From Phoronis australis (lineage: Eukaryota > Animalia > Phoronida): a DNA stretch of 64,000 nt. The translations under genes and the position numbers were made by a program. The notes beneath the pieces were generated by a model. That model did not search any database and had not been told where the DNA came from. It saw only the letters and a list, made by a program, of their open reading frames with translations. Positions 50,885-62,463 of the stretch are shown in pieces. Every line of letters begins with the position of its first letter. The stretch's first letter is position 1. The stretch covers positions 283,034 to 347,033 of the forward strand of contig NMRA01000086.1 in assembly GCA_002633005.1 (NCBI GenBank). Direction: 5' to 3'.

Positions 50885-53800
50885 TCAATGCTGTGCACTT
50901 CCTACATTTTCATTGCTATGGTAATCACTTTCAGTAAGCCATTTAACATTCAATTGACCAACAGTGCAACCATTCATGTTGCCATATTGCACATTCCTAA
51001 CAACCCGTTGCCATTGGTTGTTTTCATCAAGACGACTGAGATCTCGAGATTCCAAAACTCGTGAAGCACGACTGGGAATCTGAATTGTTCGAATTCCCCC
51101 ATAGGCGTACAGTTCATCGTTCAAAACCAGAAGAGTCGACGCCTTGCGATCCTCCAAAAAGTCTGGGCCGTAACGCCACCTATTGGATTCAATGACAAAC
51201 GTCTCGGTAGATGACAGTGATTGCGTGCCATCAGTACCTCCTAAAACCCATATCTTTCCATTATAAAAAGCGACACCGAACTCAGCTCTAGGAATTTTCA
51301 TATGGGCATCCATCACAGTCCAAACCTGACTAGCAACATCGAAATGGAGAATTGTATCAGTGGCCATAGTATCTTCAATATAGCCTCCCACAACGTAAAA
51401 ACAGTCCTGGACTGCAACAACGCGATGGTGAAACAGTTTGAACGGCATGCTTGGACACACTGACCACTTTTCATAGCAGGTGTTAAAACGAGCGACTGTG
51501 TCCAGTATATCTCCGGATGGATAGATAGATTTTCCTCCAGTAACGTAGACATCGTTTCCTACACATACTGCGCCGAAGGCGCAACGAGGTTCCGGCATGC
51601 TCGGCTTGGACAACCAGAGTTTCCGGCGGTGATCAAAGAGCCTGACCTCATCCAATGCCCGTGCCTCATCTTCAAAGTGATGATCAACGTAGTATATGCC
51701 ACCAAGAGTGAAAATCTTATTGCCCGGGGCCGTGACTAACTGGTGCAGATCGACGCGGAAGCGATTGTCGAAATTTGCATGCGGTTTTATCGCGAAGTAA
51801 TTGGAGCTAGTCAGAGGATCGAAGCCAGTGAGGGAGCGACTGTTGTGATCCATCCCACCTCCAGAAAAAACTATCATTGGTATGTTGAACATGCCTAGTC
51901 TCTTGTGAGAATTAATGTCCCTTCCCATAGTGTCTTCCGAATCGGTTCCTTGACTGATACAGGATAACTTGGCCATTGCAACTTGACCTCGGAGCAACGG
52001 GTTCTCGTGAATTAAAGCTTCATTCCAAATAACATTTGTGAGGTATTCAATACTGAGAAGTCCTAAGCGAACACAAGAAAAGAGCTCACCAAAGCGGGAT
52101 TTCCTCTCTTCTAAATCTCCCTTTACCCAATTTACCACAGCTTCAAATACTAACTCTTCGCAATCGATGTAAAGGTCATCACTAGATAAAATTCTGTGAA
52201 TGTCCTCGTATGAAAGACCAAGCATCTGATCGGTTTGGCAGACGGACACGAAATTCTCCAGCAAAAACTTCCAAGCTTTGTCCTTCATCATTGGACAAGA
52301 TAAGACGTCTGCCAGCTGGAACATCTGAACACAGTTCGACTGATGCAGCTCTTTTATCATGTATTCAGCACACAAGTCTCGCAGCTGAAGCATTTCAAAC
52401 ATATTGGCCGTGGTCAATATGTCTTGAACGTTGTCGTTGTCTATTCTGATGTCACCATGGTAACAATAGGCCACAACTTGCTCTAAGATTTCAGGACGTG
52501 TGTCTGATATGGTCACCTGCCCATTCTTCGCCTCGGTGACTTCATTTGTCAACATGGCTCTGAAATTATGGAATCAATTAAAATACGTACATTATGAATT
52601 CTACACTGTTCATTGCCCTTGCGGAAGCAACAATGTACGAATTTAGGTGCATGCGCCTGTATATGAATATGATTTAGGCGCATGCGCCTAGATGGAACAC
52701 TGATGTGAAGGTGCAATAAGCTAGCACCTTCGGTCAAAAATGACTTTATTTACACCATTAATCCTTATTAAATGAGTACCATCTTGTCCCTTAATCAGAT
52801 AAGAAATGATTTCTGGGGTCAACAAGAACTGACACTTCGTTGTTGTTTTAGAATGTTGCTTGTCAAGGCGGGTTAATTCCAGCCGCCGAAAGGAGTGGGG
52901 CACAGGAATTCCAAAAGTTTTATTGCAATCGATTTCAATTAAAAAAAAGCTTGACGACGTGTATTTGGAAACGTAAATAGTACGAAGAACAAGTTCATTT
53001 CAAATGTTCAAACCACGTGAAATATTACCGTGACTGATTACTCCAGTTTTGTAAAACGAAACTTCATTTGCGCGGAACGTCATTACAGGCACACACATAA
53101 GCTCATTCTGATAAGCATGGCATAACGCGTTAGTTACGGAAGATCGCTAAGGAATGATACAGGCATGTATATTTATCCCTCTCTCTCTCCCTCCCTCCGT
53201 CACCCCTCTCTCTAACTCTCTTTCATACAGCTGAGTATAAACGAGTATAAGTACCGAACAAAACTTATTTCTCACGTTATAAACTGAGAATTACGTCAGC
53301 GGTTCACATGGTATTCAACAGTTAGAGAAAGTGGGAGTCATTGAGAAGCATTTTCGTTAAAATCAAATGCCGTTTCCCAAAGTTTTTCCAAGACATGATG
53401 TATTGAAGTGTCGAACCAGATGACGTTTTAGGAAAAAACAAAAAGTCTTGATGTGGGCCCAACGCCCATTGTTGTACTGTTACCAATACATTTGTCTTGT
53501 TCGACACACTTCTTACTACTGGCATGCCACTGGTTATCAGGAATCCAGTGTTTGTTACATGTCTAATGAACAATCCCAACGTTTTCATTAACCAGTCCAC
53601 TCGCGTACAATCGACTCGCATTCAGGAACAAACAAATACCGCAGCCGAACCCGTGGCTTACACGTCAGAGAATGTTACGTTGGTGATGTAAATTGGATTA
53701 AGTCATTTTGATAGAATAACTTCAGACTCGAAACAATTACGAACTGCGTTCTGTAGAACATTTTCTTTCGAGAAAAGCGAGATCACCCAAATAGTGACAG

Positions 53801-55642
53801 TATTTTAAATCGTTCGCTACACATGATTGTCTTCGCTGGTTATGCCGGTTGAACCGACTAAAATCTGATTACAGTATAAGCTGTAAACCGTCACTGAGAA
53901 CGAATCAGATGGCTAATTTGGTTGACCCATTGAAGTCAATCAAGTGCAGCCATTTTCTTCTAAAATGTCTTGTTGACCAAACTGATCTTGCATACTTTGA
54001 CTCAACAATTGATGTTACCATTTTCGACTCATTACGTTATAATTAACGTGATTTACTCTTGTTTTACGATTCTCGTCGACTCAACGTAAATTTGAATACT
54101 TTTCTAATATCTATCGGACCCCGGCCCACTTTCAGTTAAAACTTTAATTACATAAAACGGCTTCACAGTTATAGATAGCCTTTTTGTGTTATGTGGGTGT
54201 GTTCATTTGTACTTGTTCATTTCATTGTTTAGATCTTTAAAGCAAATATAAACCCTCCTTCTGTCAAAACTAAATTTGGGTTTACGACACTTACAGCTGC
54301 TCCGAAAGAACTGACAGTTCTTATGGCAGCTGAGATCAAGCTCTATAAGTTGGTTTGTCACGGCGGGTCATTTTATACGCCGTGCACATTCTCGAGCACA
54401 ACCGAGATGCCAGTTTTTCACCCGTAAATCAATCTTCGTAAAAGCGAGGCAGAATTTGAGAGCATTTTTACAGTGGAATGTGATCTAAGGTTAAGGCGTG
54501 TATACAGCCGCTTTAAATATTCTATTTCTCAGATTGTTACACCCGAATCAAATTGTTCTCTCTTTGGGTTCGTAACGCTTAATAAATGTATAAAAATACA
54601 TTAGCTTTACTCATGAGTGTCTTGAATTCGTCTACGGAACAGTTGAGCGCAAAAGTTACATTTGCTGATTGTACTCCAGTTCCAATTCAGGGGCAAAATT
54701 AGTGATTTCACTTGGATGCGGAGGGGTGGATGGGGTGGTGTCAAACCTGTCAAACATTTTGGTATTTTGCCCAAAAATCCAAGAAGAGAAAGTGGAAGTG
54801 TAAGATAAAATCCAGCATTGCTAAGCAATATGAATGGAAACAGTTTCACATACCTGTGGATTGGATATAAATACACTACCCATATTGCAACTATCTGCCT
54901 TTATTTTTTTGTCTTGAATATGCAAATCAGCTACCTAGCCAAAAAGTTGAGAATCTGGACGTAAGAAAACGTGAACGAGAACGCGGGACGATTTTAGCAA
55001 GCCAGCCCGGCTAAGTCACTGCCGGTAGCCGGAGTAGGTTTGAATTTAGCTCAATTGAAAGAGTGTAATTAAAGATCAAAGAAATAACAAAAGGTAAATC
55101 AGAACTTGTTGAAAATTCTGGTTTAAACATATTTTTCAGTCAAAAGTTATCGCCGGCTCTCGGCGGTAACATCGGCCGGTTAGCAACTGATAAAAGGGAA
55201 AACGCTGCCTGCAATGCATGGCACGTGGCATGGCAGCGATCAGGTGTTTCGTATTTAGAGCAGTGTGCGAATACATGGCCAGTGGGAGTGTTGTAAATTG
55301 GTAGACGGTGCTGGAGGAGAATGTGAATAACTCCTTATTTGGAGTTTACTAATTTAGTCGCCCCCTCGTAGGCCTCCGTAGATCCGCCCACAGCCGCCGG
55401 GAGTCGAAAAGCAGCAACAAACCGGTGAAGATGGGTCAAGGTCGCTTGAGCACTCGATCAACATAGCAGGGCTAAGTATATAATGTTTTTAAGCGACTTT
55501 ACCTGAAAAATGGACTGCTTGCAGCTAATACGTTTCTGTGACAGTTAATGACCTTGTCACCGCATTCTATTGATAAGTCGACGAGTACATCGTTCTTAAA
55601 CAAATCGAACAATCCCACGAGAAGACGTTCTTTTTGATCCAT
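50885..55642 (-). CDS. Kelch-like BTB-BACK-Kelch protein, KLHL40/KLHL41-like, ~604 aa
   Basis: Exon 55642-55503 (MDQKERLLVGLFDLFKNDVLVDLSIECGDKVINCHRNVLAASSPFFR, phase 2, GTAAAG donor, in-frame stop upstream) joins exon 52559-50885 (acceptor atttcag). BTB, BACK and Kelch GG repeats. RLGMF, PRCAFG and the C-terminal QLNVKWL recall KLHL40/41. Confidence 0.9.
55333..55342. promoter_or_regulatory. CArG box (SRF site) in KLHL intron 1
   Basis: CCTTATTTGG inside the extended palindrome aactcc-ttattt-ggagtt. Confidence 0.4.
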
Positions 55643-56599
55643 AACAGAGAAAGTAGGTCACACTGTATCAGTGCGCCCCCTGGTAATTAGTGGTGGAACT
55701 GGGTATCGCGCTCGACCACACCGGACCACAGCCACTAAGTGATGGATGTTTGTTCTAGTCGTGTTTGTCTTGGCGTTATCCTATAACGCTATTTGTGCCT
55801 GCAAATAGCAATAAAATGCACAATGTTATACCATAGTCCAAAATTTCGCAGGTTGATCTCAGTTTTCTGTGCTGGCCACTTTTCCCAAATGACACGGTTG
55901 TGTTTGGACACAGGCACTCGTATCTCCACTGCAGTCAGTGGATTGCCGGGATGAATCCAGTGTGCGCCGACAGCGGTTGCACCCATTTGATGCTCCCGCC
56001 AGGGATAGAATTGAGATAGGGTTCAGTGACCAGTTTTCACAGTTAACTACGCCATAAAACTTTTAATCAAGTTACTATCCTAATTATTTTTGACGTTGAC
56101 ATTTTGATTTCATTTGACTGGGTACAAAATAATAAAAATGACGCTATAACACTATAAGTCCACCGTTCAGCACATTCGCATGGCAGAGTAAACACTGTGC
56201 TCAATAGGGAACCATTGGCAAAAAACGCACACCAAGTTTCTCTAACATCGAGTACATCATCATGGCGAAAGTAACCAGCAATGTATACCATCAGTCCGAT
56301 ACTGCGTGTACAGCCTATTCATGAAATTATTTTTTATTTCAGTGGCCGGATCTCAGTCAGCTTCGTCAGATAACTTGATGCCGGGACTGAGGTTGGCTGG
56401 CAACTGACTAGCATACTAGGCGCTAAATTTTGTTTCTTAACCTGTAACTATGAAATGCTTCGACCACACTCTTAGCCACTTACCACAATGCCGTACTTTT
56501 ATGATCGACTTCTTTTCTTTGGGATTAATTGAGGAACAGATTGGTATCTCACTGCCGTGAGTGATAATCGCTGACTTTGTGGCAATCATTCTTTAGCGT

Positions 56600-56609
56600 C
56601 CATATTAGG
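56600..56609. promoter_or_regulatory. CArG box upstream of KLHL
   Basis: CCATATTAGG, a perfect CC(A/T)6GG. Confidence 0.35.
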
Positions 56610-57030
56610 CGGATCCACTCAGAGAGAGTAGGCCTATCACAGTTGCCAACGGCCATGCAAGGACGAGATATTCGCATTCATGCATGATGAACGGTTATCG
56701 TGATCAGGGTTTTTATGATGCACACAAGGTCGGCGTTAGCACTTCTTGATCAGCTTTTCAGAGGGAAAATAAATGTCTGATCAATGAGCAGACTTCTGCG
56801 GGTTTTGACAGACATTTAAGAGAATCCAGAACAAATAGGAATGCTTCTATCTAAGTTGAACTCTTCGCTTCCTACTCACAAAATTCAGTGTTTGCAGCGT
56901 GAGCTTTAGTATAGTCCAGTATCAGTCCGCCCGAAACATCAAAAGAATTGCCCTCACTGACACCAGCTTGGTTTTCACCCATTGTTTTAACTTCCGCAAA
57001 ACTGTAGCTCTTTCATTAGGCATTCAAATC

Positions 57031-57195
57031 CATGCGCGCACCCAGGAGGGGGGGGGNAAAGTCCCTAAATAAGCCCAAACGCGCAATTCGCAGTGGTGCT
57101 CCCGTTTTTTTTTTTGTTTTTTCTTAGTCCGTCCGCTCTTTTGTTACAAAAAGGTCCACAACGTCAGAAATTCGAGCCTCCCCATGGCGCGCATG
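57031..57195. mobile_element. Short MITE with a 5-bp TSD
   Basis: TIR CATGCGCGC / GCGCGCATG; AAATC at 57026-57030 and 57196-57200. Confidence 0.7.
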
Positions 57196-57940
57196 AAATC
57201 TATCAAAGACAAAAAGTTGTTGGAGGCGTCACCGAAAAAAGTTTGGTAGCTCACGTCTCACGGAAGGTCTCTCTCCCAGAAACAAAAATACAGGAAATGT
57301 GTCGGAATGCGATGTTAAACCGTACGCACCATACAAAATAAATTATCAGTGCCTTTGAGCACACATGCATATTGAAGATGTTGATCTCTCGAAGACATTT
57401 CGATCGACGCAACTCTAGTAGTAAAAGTGACGTCACAAATTTTCTAAACATTGGCGACTGTGGTGTCTTGTGGATGCCAAATGTGGGGCCCTGATCCTAC
57501 ATCGTACGTGGAGGCCACGCCCTGATACAGTTGGCGTAATGGTAAATCCGGTAATGAACGTGTAAAGTTTATATCGTAAGACTTTTAGGCCTACATGAAG
57601 TTAGGTACCTATGATTCTAACTACATTTCGGCCGGCGAAATGTGTCAGATAGTAGAGTTGTATTCGAAGCGTGGTTATTTCCCGTTGGTCTAAATTAAAG
57701 AACATGGTGACGGCATTTTTGCACCACAAAAATTTGCTTTCACACATTAAACATTGACAACACTCAAGTAAGTGCTACGTGCCGTGACGTCTGTGCTGTT
57801 CAAACCGAAGTCATCGGGGTCGCTCTTAAGTTGCCACCATTTTTGTGCACATGACCTCAATTGAACGAGAAATGAACAACCCCGACGGGACACAGAGGCC
57901 CACATAAAACAAAATCACACATAAGTTGATAGAATATATG

Positions 57941-58593
57941 CCCGGGGAGGTCACTCGTGCCCGCAAGCGTGTACCAAAAATTGCGGGTAGGCGGCACTTT
58001 TTTTCAGCAAGTTTTGCGGGACCCGCGCGGGGTTCAATAGGCCCCTAAATTTCCATTTCATCCCCGCAAAAGGCCCACTTCATTGGTCTCACTTCCACAA
58101 AAGGCACACTAGCCGTCCTCCTCATAAAGAAACATCTGCCCTGAAAAAGGATGGAAATTAGCAGACCTGGCATCTGCAACAAGGGATCTCTCAACAATTT
58201 TTTTGTTCATGCCTGTGGGTACTTTGTCAATATGAATGACAACCCTGGGAGTATAGATTCACCGAGCGGGTGACGCAAGCGCCCCCTGGGGTTCTCTCAT
58301 ATTGACAAAGTGGCCGCAGGCGTGTACCAAAATTTGCGCACAATCGGTACTTTTTCAGCAAATTTTGCGGGACCCACGCGGGGCCAATAGGCCCCTAAAT
58401 TTCCATTTCGTCCCCACAAAAGGCCCACTGGACTAGCCTCAGCCCCTCAAAAGGCGCACTGGCAGTTTTCCTACAGAAAAATCTACTCCGCAAAAGGTGA
58501 TAGGAATTAGCAGATGTGGCACCCGCAATAGGGGTCTCTCAGGAATAATTGGAACATGCCTGCCAGCACTTTGTCAATATGAGTGACCCCCGG
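57941..58593. mobile_element. Two tandem copies of a ~310-bp MITE with CCC(G/T)GGGG-type termini
   Basis: Copies at 57941-58250 and 58283-58593 share caataggcccctaaatttccatttc. The second copy has the TIR ctcatattgacaaagtg / cactttgtcaatatgag. Confidence 0.8.
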
Positions 58594-58817
58594 AGCACGC
58601 ACATACAAGTAAACCACAAGCTACAGAATTAGCAAAACTAACATACGGTATCCGAAGGTCTCATAGAATTATGAGACTGCGGCTTTCGTCTGTGACTATG
58701 CAAAAGAAGACCAATGGCCGCCACAGCAAGTGATTTTGAATATTATAGGACTATAGTATAGTGGGATAGGCTCGTTCCAGCATTCATCGCGCAATCAATT
58801 TCGTGACTCACTGACTT

Positions 58818-58827
58818 CCTTATTTGG
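58818..58827. promoter_or_regulatory. CArG box upstream of KLHL
   Basis: CCTTATTTGG. Confidence 0.3.
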
Positions 58828-59783
58828 ATTGTCACGTGAGTTGACTTGCGTGATTGGTGTCGTTACTTTCGCATATAAAAACTTGGCTGCACAGAATAGT
58901 ACATAAAAAACCCTTTGTTTGTTATTTTTCTGTACATACAATGCATTTTCTAAATATTATATAAGCAGGAAACAAGTATAAGTGTCAGTGCTGCGCGTTT
59001 ACTACAAACTAACAACAGCGCTGTCTTACACAGACGTAAGCTTTAAAAAGGCGTTGCCTTACAGAGCGGACATCAAAAACGTACGTGGAATTAAAAGTAA
59101 AATACTACGGCCACGAGGAGAACAATCTGTGCTCTTGCTCTGAGCAGGAACTAGCTTTCATTACTAAGTTACTCAACCTCATTTTCGATGACCAATAATA
59201 GGTCGGAGCGTCTAGTCAATAGGTACGGTACTACATGCAGTCCTGAGCCATGGGAATTACTACATAAGCCAACATTGATATGGAGCACTTAAACCTGCGC
59301 GTAGAGAATTTTAGAACAATTACAAAATGAGTTTTTACTGATAAATTACTGTTTGTTCACAATACTTCTATCAATAAAATGCGTGACTTTTAGTGAGGAA
59401 ATCAAGCGCCATCTACGAACTATATTCTGCCTCGGATGAGACAGAGGTCTCGCCAGATCTCGCCTCATCACCTGTTTTCATGATTTTTTTTTAGAAAATG
59501 TGATCTGCAATATACGGTGTACATAAGCGTACACCGTCATAAATCCATACGCGATACGTAAGCTCTCAATAAGCTGTCACGGTTGCCGTTGTATGAGAAA
59601 ATTTCTTGCCAAAAATCTGACTTGTGTACGGGTAGCGTTATTGAACGCATTCACTTTACCCACCATCATTATTTACTATCTATTTACATCGTCCTTGTCA
59701 ACTCGCTGGGAGAGGCTTCTCATTGCCAGTCATGAGGGGCAAAGATAGTATCACAAACCAAAGTTCACACAGAGCATCATATT

Positions 59784-59931
59784 GGCTGCACTTTATTGAC
59801 ATCGCCGATTCCGCCGGGTAATCTGGCTAAGATGTATGATTGGTCTGTAAGTCGGAAGTCGTCACCGAGAACCAATCAGATGTCTTAGCCAGATGAACCA
59901 GCGGAACCGGCGAATTTTATCAAATGCAGGC
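59784..59931. mobile_element. ~150-bp foldback MITE
   Basis: tcgccgattccgc...atctggctaaga...tgattggt is inverted relative to accaatca...tcttagccagat...gcggaaccggcga. Confidence 0.7.
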
Positions 59932-60456
59932 AATGGTGAACTTGCAGGCTAATTCTTTATTTCCGTGATTGCTTGGCCAAATTAGTAAGAAAAACAACAT
60001 ATAGCGACGATGTGAACATGAATTAGTTTGAAAATTGACAAATGTTCTTAAGAACGAGTTTTGTGGCGAAAATCATCCGCCGTAAACCACTGAACCGTGT
60101 CCAGTAAGTATCGTGACGTGGTGCTGGGTAATAACACTGATGCGGGCTATATATATGAACCCGCGAGGTACGTCATTAGTGGAAAGGTCACTTGTTTGCA
60201 AAACTTCACATTTACAAGTTGTCAATGTATACAACGGCACTTTGTTAAGCGTAGATTATGTTAATGTCTATTGTTATGCATTTAGTTCCAGCTATTCATT
60301 AGCATATAGTAAGTTAGGAGCATGCAAATACATCTTTGATGAAGTAGGAAGGTATGCCGATATCAAATTTGGAAGGTCGAGGATAGATACTTTAATTGAG
60401 AGACTTTAAGAGGTATTAAGTAAATTCGAGTTTTTGTTCAACGTGGACTATATTAT

Positions 60457-62463
60457 CTAATTCAGTCCCAGGTCTTCGACTGCGAAGTATAGTCTTTTTC
60501 GCCCGACGATGTTGCTTGCTGTACACTGATATCCATACCTTGTAGCCGATTTCGCCAAACTTACGTGCAAGGTGTCTCTAGTCTCTACTATAGTCTTGTC
60601 ATCTTCGGGTTGCTTCTGATGAACTTTCCCGCCAAAAATGATCTGTGGAACACTTGTGCCAGTTCCGGTGGTGCAATAACAACGGTGATTGAATGCACCT
60701 CTGTACCCTTTGTAACACCCCTTACACTCGTAATGGGTCGAAGGATCGTGGCTAATCGAAAACATGTGCCATTCAACCGTGGGGGCGGGGTCACCAGTTG
60801 CGTGGCATTTAATGTGCGTTCCACCTCCGTCCGAGTACACGAAGCTGCTGTCCAAGACAAATTTCGGCCCACTGCACGTGAACTGCGACTCTTGAGTCGA
60901 CTGCATAGGCTGTTGCAGTGCACCCAGGTTACACGCAGGATACACGAGGGTTTTGGCCGTGACGTTTTTTAACCATAACACTTCGCAATTGCAATGGAAG
61001 GGGTTGTTTTTCAAGCTCAAAAATTCCAAGAAATCGAAATTTGGCTTCAAACTGACGTGGACGGTTTGTATGAAGTTATCCGAAAGATCGAGTACGCGCA
61101 GCAATGGCATTGGTTTCAGATGGTGAAGTTCTAATTTGTTAATCTGGTTTTGATCCATTTTCAAAGTTTTAAGATTTCTCAAGTTGAAATCGCTTATGAA
61201 AGAGTCAAGTAAGTTATTACCCAGGTCGAGGGTTACTAATCCGGACAAGCTATTGGAACTATTTCCGTAGCTCCTTATTTTATTTTGCCTTAGGTCAAGA
61301 TTTTTCACAGAAGGATGGAAATTTGTTGGCATTTCTCCAAGTTCATTATTTTTTAGAATTAACGTATCCAAAGCTGACAAAGAGTCTAACTCTACACCGT
61401 TCAAATCATTTAAACCATTATAGCCCATGTCAAGCACTGAGAGATTTACAAGAGATTGAAAAGCTCTTTTTGGGACGTAATTTAAGTTATTATGGGAGAG
61501 GTTCAACATGAGAAGATTTGGTAAACCATTGAACGTTAAATTTGGAACTGTTGTTAATTTGTTCTTCGAAATGTCCAGATGTTGTAACTTGGTCATATTA
61601 TAAAACGTTTCAATCGATAATCTGAATATGTTATTTTCACCCAGTCGAAGCTCTTTCAAGCCAAAAAGACCATAATTCGCAAACTGGCCTCGATATTTGG
61701 GCAGCAGGCGGTTCTTTTCTATACTTAGTGTTTTCAGTGCTGTCAGTGGCAAAAACACGTTAGGTGGGAAACCATACAATTTGTTACCATTTAAATTTAG
61801 TTCTTGGAGCTCGACAAGCCCAGAAAAGGAGTCACTTGACGTTTCTATCAATTGATTAGATTCGGCGTTAAGGTGTTGTAGTTTCCGCAATCCCATAAAC
61901 GTAAGAGCGGGAAAGGAGGAAAACTTATTATAAGAGATATCCATGTGGCGAAGGGACTCAAGCGGAACAAATAAATGTGTAGGGAAGAAAGAAAGTTGGT
62001 TGTGAGAAAGGTCGAGTTCGATCAGTTGATCCATTGTAGCGAATGCTCCCGAAAGTACGTCACGTATTGAGTTGTCGTTGAGGTTCAGACGAACAATTCC
62101 TGATAGTCCTAACATGTGGGTTACATCAATTCGTGTCAGATTGTTGTGAGCCAAGTTCAGTTCTCGAAGCTCAGGAAAAGGATAAAACACCATCGGAGAC
62201 AATGATCCAATGTTGCAACGTTCCAAGGACAATATCGTAATCTTCGCAGCTTTGAGTGGCGCCATGTTAACCGGATTCAAAGCCGGAATGTCGCTGTTCG
62301 TTACCACGAGTTTCAATGTTCCCGCGGGAAATGACGTAGGCAACGAGGTCAAACCTGAGCAGACAACTTCTTTTCTACTGGAGTCACAGCTGCATCCACC
62401 CGGACAGCATCTGGCGACGTCTATCAACAACAGTCCAACGGCGAGTTGGAGTAGGAACCGCAT
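60457..62463 (-). CDS. Secreted leucine-rich-repeat + Ig-domain protein (SP-LRRNT-~18 LRR-LRRCT-Ig), 668 aa
   Basis: Single coding exon (acceptor ttccag at 62472-62473, then ATG at 62463). Signal peptide MRFLLQLAVGLLLIDVARC, LRRNT CPGGCSC, LxxLxLxxN repeats, LRRCT NPFHCNC, Ig motifs C-x-A-x-G-D-P-x-P-x2-x-W and YQCTASN. No transmembrane helix before the TAG. Confidence 0.92.
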   Translation of the reverse strand: MRFLLQLAVGLLLIDVARCCPGGCSCDSSRKEVVCSGLTSLPTSFPAGTLKLVVTNSDIPALNPVNMAPLKAAKITILSLERCNIGSLSPMVFYPFPELRELNLAHNNLTRIDVTHMLGLSGIVRLNLNDNSIRDVLSGAFATMDQLIELDLSHNQLSFFPTHLFVPLESLRHMDISYNKFSSFPALTFMGLRKLQHLNAESNQLIETSSDSFSGLVELQELNLNGNKLYGFPPNVFLPLTALKTLSIEKNRLLPKYRGQFANYGLFGLKELRLGENNIFRLSIETFYNMTKLQHLDISKNKLTTVPNLTFNGLPNLLMLNLSHNNLNYVPKRAFQSLVNLSVLDMGYNGLNDLNGVELDSLSALDTLILKNNELGEMPTNFHPSVKNLDLRQNKIRSYGNSSNSLSGLVTLDLGNNLLDSFISDFNLRNLKTLKMDQNQINKLELHHLKPMPLLRVLDLSDNFIQTVHVSLKPNFDFLEFLSLKNNPFHCNCEVLWLKNVTAKTLVYPACNLGALQQPMQSTQESQFTCSGPKFVLDSSFVYSDGGGTHIKCHATGDPAPTVEWHMFSISHDPSTHYECKGCYKGYRGAFNHRCYCTTGTGTSVPQIIFGGKVHQKQPEDDKTIVETRDTLHVSLAKSATRYGYQCTASNIVGRKRLYFAVEDLGLN

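Noticed and set aside
52553-52555. ATG at 52555 as the KLHL start
   Set aside because: It is an internal BTB Met preceded by a splice acceptor, and the upstream exon at 55642-55503 completes the domain.
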